Assembly: GCA_965214705.1 (NCBI GenBank)
Contig: OZ243972.1
Coordinates: forward strand, 1,664,001-1,728,000
Length of the DNA: 64,000 nucleotides
Reading direction: 5' to 3'
DNA from: Alphaproteobacteria bacterium
GTDB taxonomy: Bacteria > Pseudomonadota > Alphaproteobacteria > UBA828
Shown here: positions 29,503 to 40,026 of the stretch, in pieces
Numbering within the stretch: position 1 is the stretch's first letter
How the letters are laid out: the number at the start of each line of letters is the position of its first letter
Translations under genes and position numbers: made by a program
The notes under the pieces: model-generated
Told to the model about the DNA's origin: nothing
Seen by the model: the letters and a program-made list of their open reading frames with translations, nothing else
The model's database searches: none

Positions 29503-32068
29503 GAACCTTCTCTCTTGCCCCTACCCGCCATTTCGGAGGGCATTAGTCGATTTGACTCGAGATTTCTGTTGCCTAGGCTGCACAAAGTGGCACGAGGCAC
29601 AACACTTGTCCGTCGCACCGGCGGAAGAAATAAACCATATGTTGAAATGCTCGGAGCATCCCACCTCGCGGACATTTGGGCGGTCCCGGCTACATCATCC
29701 GCGCTGGACCACAGGATAGACCGAAAGCCCAAAATCAGAATCTCTGCCTGTCAGGTTGAGGTTCCCTCAACCACCACCGCCGCAGAGTGGGACGGGCATC
29801 TGGATCGCGTAGCCGCGAAGATTCGGATGTACCTGGAGCGCGAGCACCACGAGAGCGACGACCACGTGGCGCTTGCCGTTGCGGTTTTGCAGCAGGCGGG
29901 GCGATGGACGCGGTCTTCAGACCCTTTGTCGCTGCTCACTCCGATATGGATGATGATCCAAGCCCCAGCCCGTACGTAACCGTTCGCTCAAACCATGGAG
30001 AACCGGATTGGGAGAGACAAGAAACAGCCGCGATTTCAGCGAACCAAGCGGCTGCGCGCGCCTACGTCACTCGTCGACGGGTCGGGTCCACGGTCTGAGC
30101 AAACGGTTACGCCCGTACCGGCTTGGCCGAACCTTTACCTCCCTGCGTCGACCAGAGTACGCATCAGATCGAAATGAATCGGTACCTATTTGGTATCTGG
30201 AGATTGAGGCTGAAGCCAAATATGGAAAGAGGGTGATACATAACATGCTGCCAAATAACGATTAATCGGATCAGCCTATAGTGTGTGCTGGGCAGCGCCC
30301 AGATCAGGTGGGTTCAAGTCCCACTGGCGCTCGGGTAAGGGGCGCCATATCCAAAAGTGGGGGTAATTCCTCACTGGCCGGAGTGAGCCGATAAGCGAAA
30401 CTCTAAACGGGCACGAAGCCGGAAACGGCGGAGACAGCCAAGGGAGGAGCTAAGTTGGTCCACTGTCGAAAGACAACCGGAAGGCAGGGTGTCCACCGCG
30501 AGGTGGAATCTGAAGGGCTTGCGGAGAAGTACCGGGCCGTAATCGAGGGGGCCACCCCATGATGAATCGGTCGGCCAAAGACGGGGCAAGGTCGAGCCGG
30601 CACTATGGCGGCGAAGGCGTTCTTACCCACCCGTCGCACCAAGGTGTTTGCGAGCGGCACGGTACGGAAGATCTGGACGTGACCCCAGGAGGGCTCGCCG
30701 CGTTCCCGGGTGGCACCGGGATAACGGACCCTATAAGCCGAAAGGCGAAATGGGAAAGGATGCGCGGCGAGCAATCGGACAACCGAATAGTACCTGAAGC
30801 CCGGCGAAAGCCGGGTGACCGCGCGAGCGGCGGCCGTGTGGGCCGGGGAAGGCGGTTGGCAGAGGTGGTCGGCGAGAGACAGCGATGAGTGAGTAAGGAC
30901 CATGACGCGGACAAGTTCCTTGAGCGAAAGACCCGGACATCATGGCCCGAGGAGACTCATCGACTGGATCAACCCGGCGGGTGACAGGAAGGTCCACTCA
31001 CTGGTGGACAAGGTGTACAAGCGGAAGAACCTTGAGGTGGCCTGGGAAAAGGTGAAGCGCAACCGGGGTGCCGGTGGCGTGGACGGAGAGGATTTAGCGG
31101 CGTTCGAGGCATCGCTGGATGCAAATCTCGATCGCCTGCACCGGGAGTTGCGGGACGGTGAGTATCACCCGCAGCCGGTTCTCCAATGCCTGATCCCCAA
31201 GGCGGGCCAGCCGGGGAAGTTCCGCCCGCTCGGCATCCCGACAATCTACGACCGGGTGTGCCAGCAGGCGCTGCTGAACCGGCTGGAACCGATCTTCGAG
31301 CCGGTGTTCGACGATGCCAACTACGGGTACCGGCAAGGAAGGTCTGCCCATGGAGCGTTACGCAAGATATGGAGGGAACTGGACGAGGGCAACGAGTGGG
31401 TTCTCGATGCGGATTTGAAAGACTTTTTCGGGTCCGTGGACCACGAAAAGCTCCTCGAACTCGTCAACCAGCGAGTCTCGGATGGCCGGGTATTAGGTCT
31501 GCTCAGGCAGATGCTCACGGCCGGGGTGGTGGCCGACGGTAAGAGGCTGCCGACCGAACAGGGCACTCCGCAGGGCGGCATCGTTTCACCGCTGCTCAGC
31601 AATATCTTGCTGACCCCGTTCGATTGGGAAATGCGTCGTCGCGGCTATCGACTAACGCGATACGCCGATGATTGGCTGATCACGTGCCGCACACGCGGGG
31701 AAGCCCGCGCAGCACTGGAGACGGCCAGGCGGATTCTGGCAAAGCTGGGTGTGTCCCTCAACGCCGGGAAGACCCGCATTGTCCATGTCAGGCACGGGTT
31801 TGAGTTCCTCGGCTACAAGATCAAGCAGGGCGAGCGGCCTCTCCGGCTGTCGTCCTCCAAGATCAAGAGCGGGGTTCGCGGGGGAGCGCGCTACGCGGTT
31901 CCGCGTGAGAAATCCATCCGGCACTTCAAGGACCAGATTCGCCAGCGTACCCGGCGCAAGGCTCCTGTCAGCACGCAGGAGCTGATTGACGAGATCAACC
32001 CGATCATTCGGGGATGGGGCCAATACTATTGCAAGGCCCACGTCCGCGGGCTCTTCCACCAGCTTGAC

Positions 32069-33747
32069 GGGTGTAGGTCTGGCATGGCGATCGTAAGTCA
32101 TTGATTTAGCGCGATTGGCGGGTGGCCGTAGGCAGCCAGAATCGGGTTTTCGTGACAATCGGCCGGTGCAGGGCCGGATTTTGTCACAACGGCGGCATCC
32201 AGCAGTGGTGGGTGGGAACGCTCCGCACCGCGAGATGCGGTAGGATGCCGCGCCGACAACCCAACATCAGACCCAACATCAGGAGCGTTCCCATGCCAGT
32301 GTCGCAGTCTCTCATCGCCTCGTCCATCGACCTTTTGGGCCTGCCTGCCGAAGTCGCCGAAGCGGTCGCCCAGGTGGTGGAGTTCTGTCGCGAACAGGCT
32401 GGGTCTGACCCGTCTGCCGAGACGTTCGAAACGGTTGAGACGGGGCTGCGGGACGCCATGAACGGCTTGGGTTGCAAGCTCCTTGGGGCCTTCGCCGAGA
32501 GCCGCGACGACGGTGCGAGCCGGATCGAGCGCGACGGACAGAGCTGGGTCCGGGTGGCGGCGACGCCGAAGACGATCATGACGACGCTCGGTCCCGTGAC
32601 CTATCGGCGTGCGCGCTATCGCAGCGGCGCGAGCAGCACGTCGCTGGTGCCGGTGGACGAGAGCCTGGGCCTCATCGACGACTACCTGACGCGGCCGGCG
32701 GCGCAGCTCGGGCTGATGATGATGGGCCACTGTACGCCGCGTGAAGCGGAGGAGTTCTTCGCGAAAATGGGCGGAATGACGCCGTCGGTGAGCACGCTGC
32801 AGCGCCTGGCCCTGAGCATGCATGAGCACTGGGAGAGCGTCGCCCCGGAGACGCTGGCCAGCATCCGTGAAACCCAGGGCATACCGCCCGATGCGGTCAC
32901 CGCGTCCGTCTCCCTTGACGGCGTCATGGTGGCGCTGCGGGCCGGCGAGGACGGCCGTGCCGAGGCGTGCTGGCGCGAGGCCTCTTGCGGCACGGTCTCC
33001 TTCCACGACGCCGAGGGCCAACGGCTGAAGACCCTCTATCTCGGCCGTATGCCCGAGAGCGGCAAGGCCGCGCTGAAAGCGCAACTTGCAAGCGAGGTCG
33101 CCCATATCCGCCGTGTGAGCCCGAAGATCAGGATCGGCGCCGTCGCCGACGGGGCCGCCGACAACTGGACCTTCCTCGAAAGCCTCTCGCCCGAGACCGA
33201 GGTCATCGACTTCTGGCACGCTTGCGAGCATCTCCGCGTGGCCTCTGACCATGCGGTGGCGCGCCACTGGTTCGAGAAGCACCGCGAAATCCTGCGCCAC
33301 GACCCCCGCGGCGTCGACAAGGTGATCCGGGCACTGCGCTACCTCCTGGACAGGGCAAAGGGGGACCCGGCCGAGATCGAGCGCGAGCTGGCCTTCTTCC
33401 GAAAGCACCGCCATCGGATGCGCTACCACGCCCTGAAGGAAGAGGGCATCGCCATCGGCTCGGGTGTGGTCGAGGCGGCCTGCAAGACCCTCGTCGCGCA
33501 GCGCTTGAAACGCTCGGGCATGCGCTGGCGGATCGACGGCGGGCAGGCGGTTCTGACCTTCCGCGCCCTGATCAAATCCGGCCTCTTCGACCGGGCATGG
33601 GATGCGCTCATGGACGCCCGATCCGGACCAGCTAACGACAACATCAGCCCAACCGAAGTCCTGGCACTCGCTGCTTGACCAAAATGAACCAGCCCATATC
33701 CTTTAGCGCCATCACGACTGGCATATCGCCATACGAGAATCACACCC
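32069..33747 (+). mobile_element. ISKra4/ISLre2-like insertion sequence
   Basis: Imperfect TIRs GGGTGTAGGTCTGGCATGGCGAT / ATCGCCATACGAGAATCACACCC; 8-bp TSD AGCTTGAC at 32061-32068 and 33748-33755. Confidence 0.92.
32293..33678 (+). CDS. ISKra4/ISLre2-like (Mutator-like) DDE transposase
   Basis: SLDGV, ADGAADNW, DFWHACEHL, IGSGVVEAACK...RLKRSGMRW; AGGAG RBS. Confidence 0.88.
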   Translation: MPVSQSLIASSIDLLGLPAEVAEAVAQVVEFCREQAGSDPSAETFETVETGLRDAMNGLGCKLLGAFAESRDDGASRIERDGQSWVRVAATPKTIMTTLGPVTYRRARYRSGASSTSLVPVDESLGLIDDYLTRPAAQLGLMMMGHCTPREAEEFFAKMGGMTPSVSTLQRLALSMHEHWESVAPETLASIRETQGIPPDAVTASVSLDGVMVALRAGEDGRAEACWREASCGTVSFHDAEGQRLKTLYLGRMPESGKAALKAQLASEVAHIRRVSPKIRIGAVADGAADNWTFLESLSPETEVIDFWHACEHLRVASDHAVARHWFEKHREILRHDPRGVDKVIRALRYLLDRAKGDPAEIERELAFFRKHRHRMRYHALKEEGIAIGSGVVEAACKTLVAQRLKRSGMRWRIDGGQAVLTFRALIKSGLFDRAWDALMDARSGPANDNISPTEVLALAA

Positions 33748-33993
33748 AGCTTGACGGCTGGATCGTGCGGCGGCTCTGGTCGCATTGTCGCAAGCGCTGG
33801 CGCAACGCTGGCTGGAAACAGTTGCCGGAGCGCAAGCTGATCGACGAATACGGGCTTGTTCGCCTGATCTCACTGGTTCCGTCCTTGAACCTTCGTTGAG
33901 ACACCTTTGTGAAAGCGGCTTACGGGAAAACCGTACGGGCCGTTTGAGCGGCGGACGGAGGCTAGCCTCGCGGGGCGCCTCCTCCGACCCGAC

Positions 33994-35510
33994 AGCAATG
34001 AAGCCGGCGAACAACGGCCCCTCGGGGCCGGCGGAGCCGGGGGAGCGAAGGGGCGGACCCAAGGGCAATCCGAAAGGCCAAAGCTCGCGCCGCGCGCAGA
34101 AGCGGGGAAGCGAGTCACAGGCGGCCGACCGGATACGACAGGCTGCAAAGAGGAACCCGGATGAGTGTCTCGTGGCGCTCCTCCACCATGTGACGGTTGA
34201 CTGCCTGCGCGACGCGTACCATTCGCTGAGAAAGGACGCGGCAGCGGGGGTGGACGGCGTCACGTGGGAGGCATACGCCGACGGGCTGGAAGATCGCTTG
34301 GTCGACCTGCACGGGCGTGTGCACAGGGGGGCGTATCGGGCGCCGCCGTCGCGGCGGGTCTACATACCCAAAGAGGACGGGGGACAACGACCGCTCGGCA
34401 TCGCCTCGCTGGAGGACAAGATACTCCAGCGGGCGGTGACGGATACGATTCTGGTGCCGATCTACGAGACGGAGTTCCTCGGCTTCAGCTACGGCTTCCG
34501 GCCGGGGCGGGGGACGCATAACGCGCTCGACGCCGTGGCGGTTGGAATGGAACGGCGGAAGGTCAACTGGGTCGTTGACGCCGACATCCGCGGGTTCTTC
34601 GACAATCTCGGGCGGGACCACCTGGTCGGGATGCTCGAAAGGCGCATCGGAGACACGCGGGTCATGCGGCTGATCGTCAAGTGGCTGAACGCCGGCGTCA
34701 TGGAAGGGACCGACTGGACGGACACCGGCAGGGGCGTTCCGCAGGGTGGGATAATCTCACCCTGCCTCGCCAACGTTTACCTGCATTACGTGCTCGACGA
34801 CTGGTTCCACAACACATGGCGCAAACGGACGGCAGGAGGCGACACAATCATCGTGCGATACGCCGATGATTTTGTGTGCGGCTTCCAGCACGAGGGCGAC
34901 GCGAAGCGTTTCCTCCGGGACCTCGGCGAGAGGCTGGCCCAGTACGGACTGGAACTGCATCCGGGCAAGACCCGGCTCATCGAATTCGGCCGCTACGCGA
35001 AAGCGAACCGCCGGACACGGGGGCAGGGCAAGCCGGAGACGTTCGACTTCCTTGGCATGACGCACTTCTGCGACCAGTCGAGGAAGGGACGGTTCAGGGT
35101 CGGCCGCAGGCCATCCCGGAAACGGGTCAACCGCACTCTGCGGGGGATCGCGGAAAGGCTGCGCAAGCGCTGGCACGACAACCGGCACGAGACAGCGAAG
35201 TGGCTGGGAAGGGTCATCGACGGCTGGCTCAACTACTACGGCGTACCCGGGAGCGGCCGCTATCTGGTGCGGTTCGTGCACCAATGCAAACGGCTGCTCA
35301 TGCGTGCCCTGCGGCGAAGGTCCCAACGGGACCGCACCGCGTGGGAGGATATCAATCCCCTCACTGCTGCCCACTGGCCCAAGGCCAGCATCCGTCATCC
35401 GTGGCCGAACCAGCGGCTTGTCGTCAGGACCTGAGGGAGGAGCCGGATGCGAACAGCGCCCGTCCGGATCTGTGCGGGGGGACCGGGGCAACCCGGTTCC
35501 CTACCGCGAT
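33994..35510 (+). mobile_element. Group II intron B, 3' portion (from mid-domain III to 3' end)
   Basis: Begins AGCAATGAAGCCGGCGAAC (DIII-like); DV GAGCCGGATGCG...CGTCCGGATC; DVI ending CCTACCGCGAT at 35510. Confidence 0.85.
33998..35434 (+). CDS. Group II intron RT/maturase B (start uncertain)
   Basis: RPLGIASLEDK, GVPQGG, VRYADD, ETFDFLG; frame intact; no endonuclease domain. Confidence 0.88.
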   Translation: MKPANNGPSGPAEPGERRGGPKGNPKGQSSRRAQKRGSESQAADRIRQAAKRNPDECLVALLHHVTVDCLRDAYHSLRKDAAAGVDGVTWEAYADGLEDRLVDLHGRVHRGAYRAPPSRRVYIPKEDGGQRPLGIASLEDKILQRAVTDTILVPIYETEFLGFSYGFRPGRGTHNALDAVAVGMERRKVNWVVDADIRGFFDNLGRDHLVGMLERRIGDTRVMRLIVKWLNAGVMEGTDWTDTGRGVPQGGIISPCLANVYLHYVLDDWFHNTWRKRTAGGDTIIVRYADDFVCGFQHEGDAKRFLRDLGERLAQYGLELHPGKTRLIEFGRYAKANRRTRGQGKPETFDFLGMTHFCDQSRKGRFRVGRRPSRKRVNRTLRGIAERLRKRWHDNRHETAKWLGRVIDGWLNYYGVPGSGRYLVRFVHQCKRLLMRALRRRSQRDRTAWEDINPLTAAHWPKASIRHPWPNQRLVVRT

Positions 35511-36581
35511 AGACTTGAACAAGTTTATCGAAACCTCCAAATGTGTTGTTGTATATGGTAACTGATGTATAATGCACATTTCTTTTTCTTGAGAGAACTT
35601 CACGGAACCTCCATCATGCATTTCCACCAATGTCTTGAGCAAATTCATTCCAATACCGGTTCCCTCAGGCGTTACCTGCCGTGCATGTCGTCCGCGGAAT
35701 CCCGAAATGAATATTCTTTCTACCTCATCCTCCTCCACAGATGGTCCCACCGAGCTCAAATGCACATGCACACGATCAGAGTTCTCTGAGAAATGAATCT
35801 CCACACTTGTATTCGGGGGAGCATACTTAATGGCGTTTTGGATCATTAAGTAAGGAATGACATCAAACAACGCAATACCGTCGACTCGCCCCGTGCTTGA
35901 GCCAGTCAATTGAAGCCTTACATTTTCGGAGGAGGCCGTGGGCGTCAAACTTCTAATCACGCGATCAAAGGCACGGTAGATTGGTATCAAACTTCTCGCT
36001 GCTTTTAGCAGAGCTGGATTAGACACTACATCGAGAACATCGGTTCGAGTCTTTAGGATTTTCGATAGCTCCTCTATATTTCTCACGGTATTGAGATACC
36101 TCTGATGAATATAGCCATCTTCTTGCAAATCTTGCTTCAGACGATAAACGGCGTTGTATATGTCCGTGTTGATACTACGCACTTCATGAATGTTTGTTCT
36201 CATAACTAGGAGCAATTTTTCTTTAGATTCTGCAAGAGCCGCGATTGTTCTTTTGACGTATGATTCCACGTTTTCCGCGTTCATTCTTATCGATAGGGTT
36301 TGCTCACGCCCACGAATGGAGCTAATCCCCACAACTTTGAGACCATGCACGACGAGCCATACTTGTTCGTCGGTCGACAACGAAGACACATATGCCGCGT
36401 ATCCAGACGGACAGCATGTCCAACCGTGCCGCACCCGCAATAGATGATCCAATTCCTCTTTCGTTTGTGCGGTAGGAGAGAGGGGAAACAGTGCTCCATC
36501 ACCACGAGCAATCAACAAACCAGTACTGTTGCGCAATAGCCATGGGAATGGAAATCCTAAGAAAAATTCCTGATCTATCAT
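35424..36581 (-). CDS. Cytoplasmic histidine kinase (low GC); last ~28 codons derive from antisense intron B
   Basis: NIHEVRS H-box, QNAIKY N-box, IF..GFRG, EGTGIG; no TM segments. Confidence 0.85.
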   Translation of the reverse strand: MIDQEFFLGFPFPWLLRNSTGLLIARGDGALFPLSPTAQTKEELDHLLRVRHGWTCCPSGYAAYVSSLSTDEQVWLVVHGLKVVGISSIRGREQTLSIRMNAENVESYVKRTIAALAESKEKLLLVMRTNIHEVRSINTDIYNAVYRLKQDLQEDGYIHQRYLNTVRNIEELSKILKTRTDVLDVVSNPALLKAARSLIPIYRAFDRVIRSLTPTASSENVRLQLTGSSTGRVDGIALFDVIPYLMIQNAIKYAPPNTSVEIHFSENSDRVHVHLSSVGPSVEEDEVERIFISGFRGRHARQVTPEGTGIGMNLLKTLVEMHDGGSVKFSQEKEMCIIHQLPYTTTHLEVSINLFKSIAVGNRVAPVPPHRSGRALFASGSSLRS

Positions 36582-36594
36582 ACTGCTGACAGAG

Positions 36595-37278
36595 TTATGC
36601 GATCAAGGCAAACAACGCGTTAGAGACCAAAGAGCCAACGATTGCGCGTATATCGGGAGACAAATTCAGCCTCGCAGACTTCAGTTGTAAGCTTTGGGGA
36701 ACTGTCGAAGGGTCCGCTAGTAGCGAGCGAACTAATGTATCCTCCAGGCACGCCAACTGGAAGGGTGTTACACCCTTATCCAACAATCGAGAGCGGTTTT
36801 TTCTCCATACTACCGCGGGGTGAATCACTGCTAGTGTGCCTTCGTCCAACAGCTCACACCAATCTTCAATGGATGTGTCCTTTTGCGTGAACTTGTCTGC
36901 GGTTTCGACGCTAGGAACCAGCAGGTCGGGAGCCGCGCCTCCAGTATACGCAATAACGTATTTTTCTGGAAAGTGTGCCTTTATTTCTCGAATCAAATGG
37001 GCTCCTTGTTGTCTGGGATTCAGCTCCCTTCCGACTCCTTGAAGGTCGACGAGCACAACAGGGTAATCCCGAACCGTGTCAATAGTCGACAAGTCCCGTA
37101 AGTGAGCAATATTGAATTGGTGCTTCTGAAGACTTTGGAGCGGTGAAAAATCTTTATCATCTATTACAACTATTCGAACAGACCTTCGAACCTCTTGAAG
37201 GTTTTTCTTGGGAAAGAGGAGTTGAAGATCCTTATCGACCTCCTCGATACTCTTCAGTTCCTTCCAAATTACTCTCAT
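36595..37278 (-). CDS. Response regulator receiver-domain protein (low GC)
   Basis: IVVIDD, VLVDLQG, YTG, QK; helical C-terminus. Confidence 0.8.
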   Translation of the reverse strand: MRVIWKELKSIEEVDKDLQLLFPKKNLQEVRRSVRIVVIDDKDFSPLQSLQKHQFNIAHLRDLSTIDTVRDYPVVLVDLQGVGRELNPRQQGAHLIREIKAHFPEKYVIAYTGGAAPDLLVPSVETADKFTQKDTSIEDWCELLDEGTLAVIHPAVVWRKNRSRLLDKGVTPFQLACLEDTLVRSLLADPSTVPQSLQLKSARLNLSPDIRAIVGSLVSNALFALIA

Positions 37279-37624
37279 TTCTGAGCCGCGTAGGCGGGTT
37301 CAACATCTGGGTGCATAGTGGGAGAGGTCTGGTATTGCGGGGAAGAGCGTTTCCGCCTGATGTTCCTTCTGCCCAGGCACCCAGCACCAGACTTGCCCGT
37401 CCCGCTCAATACGCGTGGTGCCATCATCCTGCCCCCGGATACTGCACGGCCGCCATCTTAGCAGGATTCCGACCGAGTCGGGTATTCTGTCACGCGAACC
37501 TGCATTCAGACGACCAGGGAACGCCTAAGCCATTGATCTCAATACGCTCAATCTGCCATCCCAAGATCCCATTCTGGGTGTCACGAGGGAACCTGCGCCA
37601 AAGATGCACGAATCTTCGAAGCCG

Positions 37625-38788
37625 TCAGTCTGAGTTGGCGCCATTGCAATCCATGATGGCTGCGACCGATCGCCCGATCCGCTCGGCCGCTTCCTCGATG
37701 TCGCGGTCTCCGAGATGAGCATAGCGAAGCGTCATGCTCGAATTGGAGTGGCCGAGCAGCCGCGAGACCACCGGCACCGGCACGCCGTTCATCACCGCGT
37801 GGCTGGCGTGCGTATGGCGCAGGTCGTGAAGGCGAACGTCCTCGATGCCGGCCTCGCGGCGGGCCCGGTACCAGAGAGAAAGCTCGGACCCGCGTGGCCG
37901 CGAGGGATCGCGTGGCGAGGGGAACACGAGCGGGCTTTCTCCCCGCGTCTGGCGGTTGAGGATACTCCTGGCCTGGGCGTTGAGGGGTACCTTTCTAGCA
38001 CCCGTCTTGCTATCCCCGAGCATGAGCATGTCGCCGTGGACCTCGGACCAGCGCAGCCGGACGATCTCGCTCTTGCGGCAGCCGGTCAGCAGCAGAAGCC
38101 GGATGATCTCGGCCTGCGCCGCGCCGCGTCCGCCGGATTGCCGGTCAAGGACCCGGTGCAATCGGGCGATCTCCTCGCGGGATAGGAAACGCGTGAGCGG
38201 CGTGCGCCGGTTTCTCTTGATGCCGCGCGTCGGGTTCGTGTCGATGTAGCCGCAGGCGATGGCAAAGTTCATGATCTGCCTGACAAGCTTCAGCGCGTTG
38301 TTAGCGTTGCCGGGCGCGGTGCGGCTGAACGCGTCGAACCAGCGCCTGACCTGCGCGGGGGCTATGCGGTCGAGCGGCGTCGCGCCGAAGGCGGGGAGGA
38401 TGCTGCCTTCAAGCACGTAGCGGACGCCCCGTTTCGTCGATGGCTTGTATCGCTTGAAATGAGCCTGCTTCCACTCGCTCGCGACGAAGTCGCGCAACTG
38501 CGGGACGGCCCGCGTCGGCGCAGCCTCCCTGTCGGGCTCCGGGACGGCCTGCCGCGCGAGGCACTCCCGGCGGGCTTCGGCGATGTCCATCGCCGTCACC
38601 GGGCCGAGGGAGCGGCGCATCGACCGGCCCCCGGCATCGCGCAACAGGACATAGCTGCGCCCACCAGTGGGCCGGACGCGGACGCCGAGGCCGGCGACGC
38701 GGCTGTCCCATACGGTATACTCCCGCTCGCGGGGACGGAGGCGGGCAATGGCGGCGTCGGTAAGCCGCGCGCGTTTCCTGCCGGCCAT
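37625..38788 (-). CDS. Tyrosine integrase with N-terminal arm-binding domain
   Basis: LTDAAI...GLGVRV, TGCRKSEI, LHDLRHT, LLGH...Y. Confidence 0.92.
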   Translation of the reverse strand: MAGRKRARLTDAAIARLRPREREYTVWDSRVAGLGVRVRPTGGRSYVLLRDAGGRSMRRSLGPVTAMDIAEARRECLARQAVPEPDREAAPTRAVPQLRDFVASEWKQAHFKRYKPSTKRGVRYVLEGSILPAFGATPLDRIAPAQVRRWFDAFSRTAPGNANNALKLVRQIMNFAIACGYIDTNPTRGIKRNRRTPLTRFLSREEIARLHRVLDRQSGGRGAAQAEIIRLLLLTGCRKSEIVRLRWSEVHGDMLMLGDSKTGARKVPLNAQARSILNRQTRGESPLVFPSPRDPSRPRGSELSLWYRARREAGIEDVRLHDLRHTHASHAVMNGVPVPVVSRLLGHSNSSMTLRYAHLGDRDIEEAAERIGRSVAAIMDCNGANSD

Positions 38789-38791
38789 GAC

Positions 38792-39913
38792 TTATCCCTC
38801 CAACGCGATGCCGACGGTCTCGGCAGCGTCGCGGATCATGGCGTCGGCAAGGTGGGTATACTTGAGCGTGGTCTCCGGGTTGCGGTGTCCGAGCAGGCGA
38901 GCGATGGCGAGGATGTTCTCTCCCTCTCGCAAGGCGATGCTGGCATGGGTATGGCGGAGATCGTGAAGGCGGGCGTCGCCAAGATCGGCCTCGGCGCGTA
39001 CCTCAGCCCAGAACTGCTGCAGCCATGTCCCTTCGCGCGGTGCTCCGGTCCTGGGCGCCGGAAAGACCCAGCGGCCGGTCCGCTCCAGCGCGTCGAGGAC
39101 GTTCCGTGCCGGCTGGGAGAGCCACACTGTTCGGGGACCGGTCTTGCTATCCCGGAGGAAGAGACGGCCCTCGCGGTAGTCCGACCAGCGCAGCGTCAGG
39201 ATCTCACCCCCGCGGCATCCCGTCAGGAGAAGCAGGCGGACGGCGGCGACCTGGAGCGGACGGCGGCTGGCATGTGCGGACAGGGTTGCGGCCAGTCTTC
39301 GAATCTCGTCGTCGGACAGGAAGCGCTCGCGCCCCTTCCGGCGGTATCGCCGGATGCCCCGGCAGGGGTTGGAGCCCTCGGGCCTGAGGCCCATCGCTTC
39401 CGCCTCGGTCATGATGACGGAGAGCACCGGCATGGACCTGTCTGCGGCGGCCGGCGTGGCGCTGAGCGCGGCGAACCAGTGTCTGACATCCCGGCGCTCG
39501 ATATCGGCGATGTCTCGTCTCGCGAAGTACGGCAGGATTTGCCGACGCAGGTAGACCCGGTTGACGCTGAGCGTTCCCGCCTTCCAGACCCGTTGGTAAC
39601 GCACGAACACGGTCTCGGCGACGGCCTCGAAGAGGGTCTCGCCGGGATCGCAGGGCAGACCCTCCCCGCGCTTGATTCCAGCCAGCGCTTCGACGGCGCA
39701 GGAGCGGGCCTCCTCGACGCTCATGGTCTCGGCGTCGCCGACGATCTTCCAGACGCGCTCGCCGTCATGCTGGCAGTGGACGAAGAAGCGCTTGCGTCCC
39801 GAGGGCAGGACGCGGACGCCGAAGCCCCTGAGCTTGCCGTCGCGGATGTCGCGAGCGGTCTTTCGGGGCCTGAGCGCGCTGACTCGGGCGTCGGTGAGGA
39901 TAGTTCTGGGCAT
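38792..39913 (-). CDS. Tyrosine integrase with arm-binding domain (tandem paralog)
   Basis: GFGVRV, TGCRGGEI, LHDLRHT, LLGH..TTLKY. Confidence 0.92.
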   Translation of the reverse strand: MPRTILTDARVSALRPRKTARDIRDGKLRGFGVRVLPSGRKRFFVHCQHDGERVWKIVGDAETMSVEEARSCAVEALAGIKRGEGLPCDPGETLFEAVAETVFVRYQRVWKAGTLSVNRVYLRRQILPYFARRDIADIERRDVRHWFAALSATPAAADRSMPVLSVIMTEAEAMGLRPEGSNPCRGIRRYRRKGRERFLSDDEIRRLAATLSAHASRRPLQVAAVRLLLLTGCRGGEILTLRWSDYREGRLFLRDSKTGPRTVWLSQPARNVLDALERTGRWVFPAPRTGAPREGTWLQQFWAEVRAEADLGDARLHDLRHTHASIALREGENILAIARLLGHRNPETTLKYTHLADAMIRDAAETVGIALEG

Positions 39914-40026
39914 GCGTCTTCTCCCGGTTGCGATTGCAGCCGGGGAAGAGACGGTTGCACGATCCGTTCCCCGGCGGCGGGCTTCAGGAGAAAAAGCGAC
40001 CCTGTGTCAGTTAGTTAGCACCGCAG

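Larger units (their letters stand above)
30902..33899 (+). pseudogene. Group II intron RT/maturase split by IS (30902-32068 + 33756-33899)
   Basis: RPLGIP, GTPQGG, RYADD; removing the IS and one TSD restores ...LFHQLDGWIVRRLWSH...NLR*; no endonuclease domain. Confidence 0.9.
30283..33993 (+). mobile_element. Group II intron A (RT-encoding, IS-interrupted)
   Basis: 5' GTGTG at 30283; DV AAAGCGGCTTACGGGAAAACCGTACGGGCCGTTT (~33912-33945); DVI ending CCGAC at 33993; RT ORF. Confidence 0.88.

Noticed and set aside
29600-29979. Protein-like fragment at the end of ORF 28360..29979
   Set aside because: No start signal or recognisable family; cannot be supported as a gene
33785-33997. N-terminal extension of the RT-B ORF across intron A DV/DVI (possible fusion)
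   Set aside because: Frame runs through ribozyme sequence with no protein-like character; incidental open frame
30902-35434. Two RTs as a retron, DGR or CRISPR-RT system
   Set aside because: Both are followed by group II DV/DVI and have maturase domains; no TR/VR pair, msr-msd or cas genes seen
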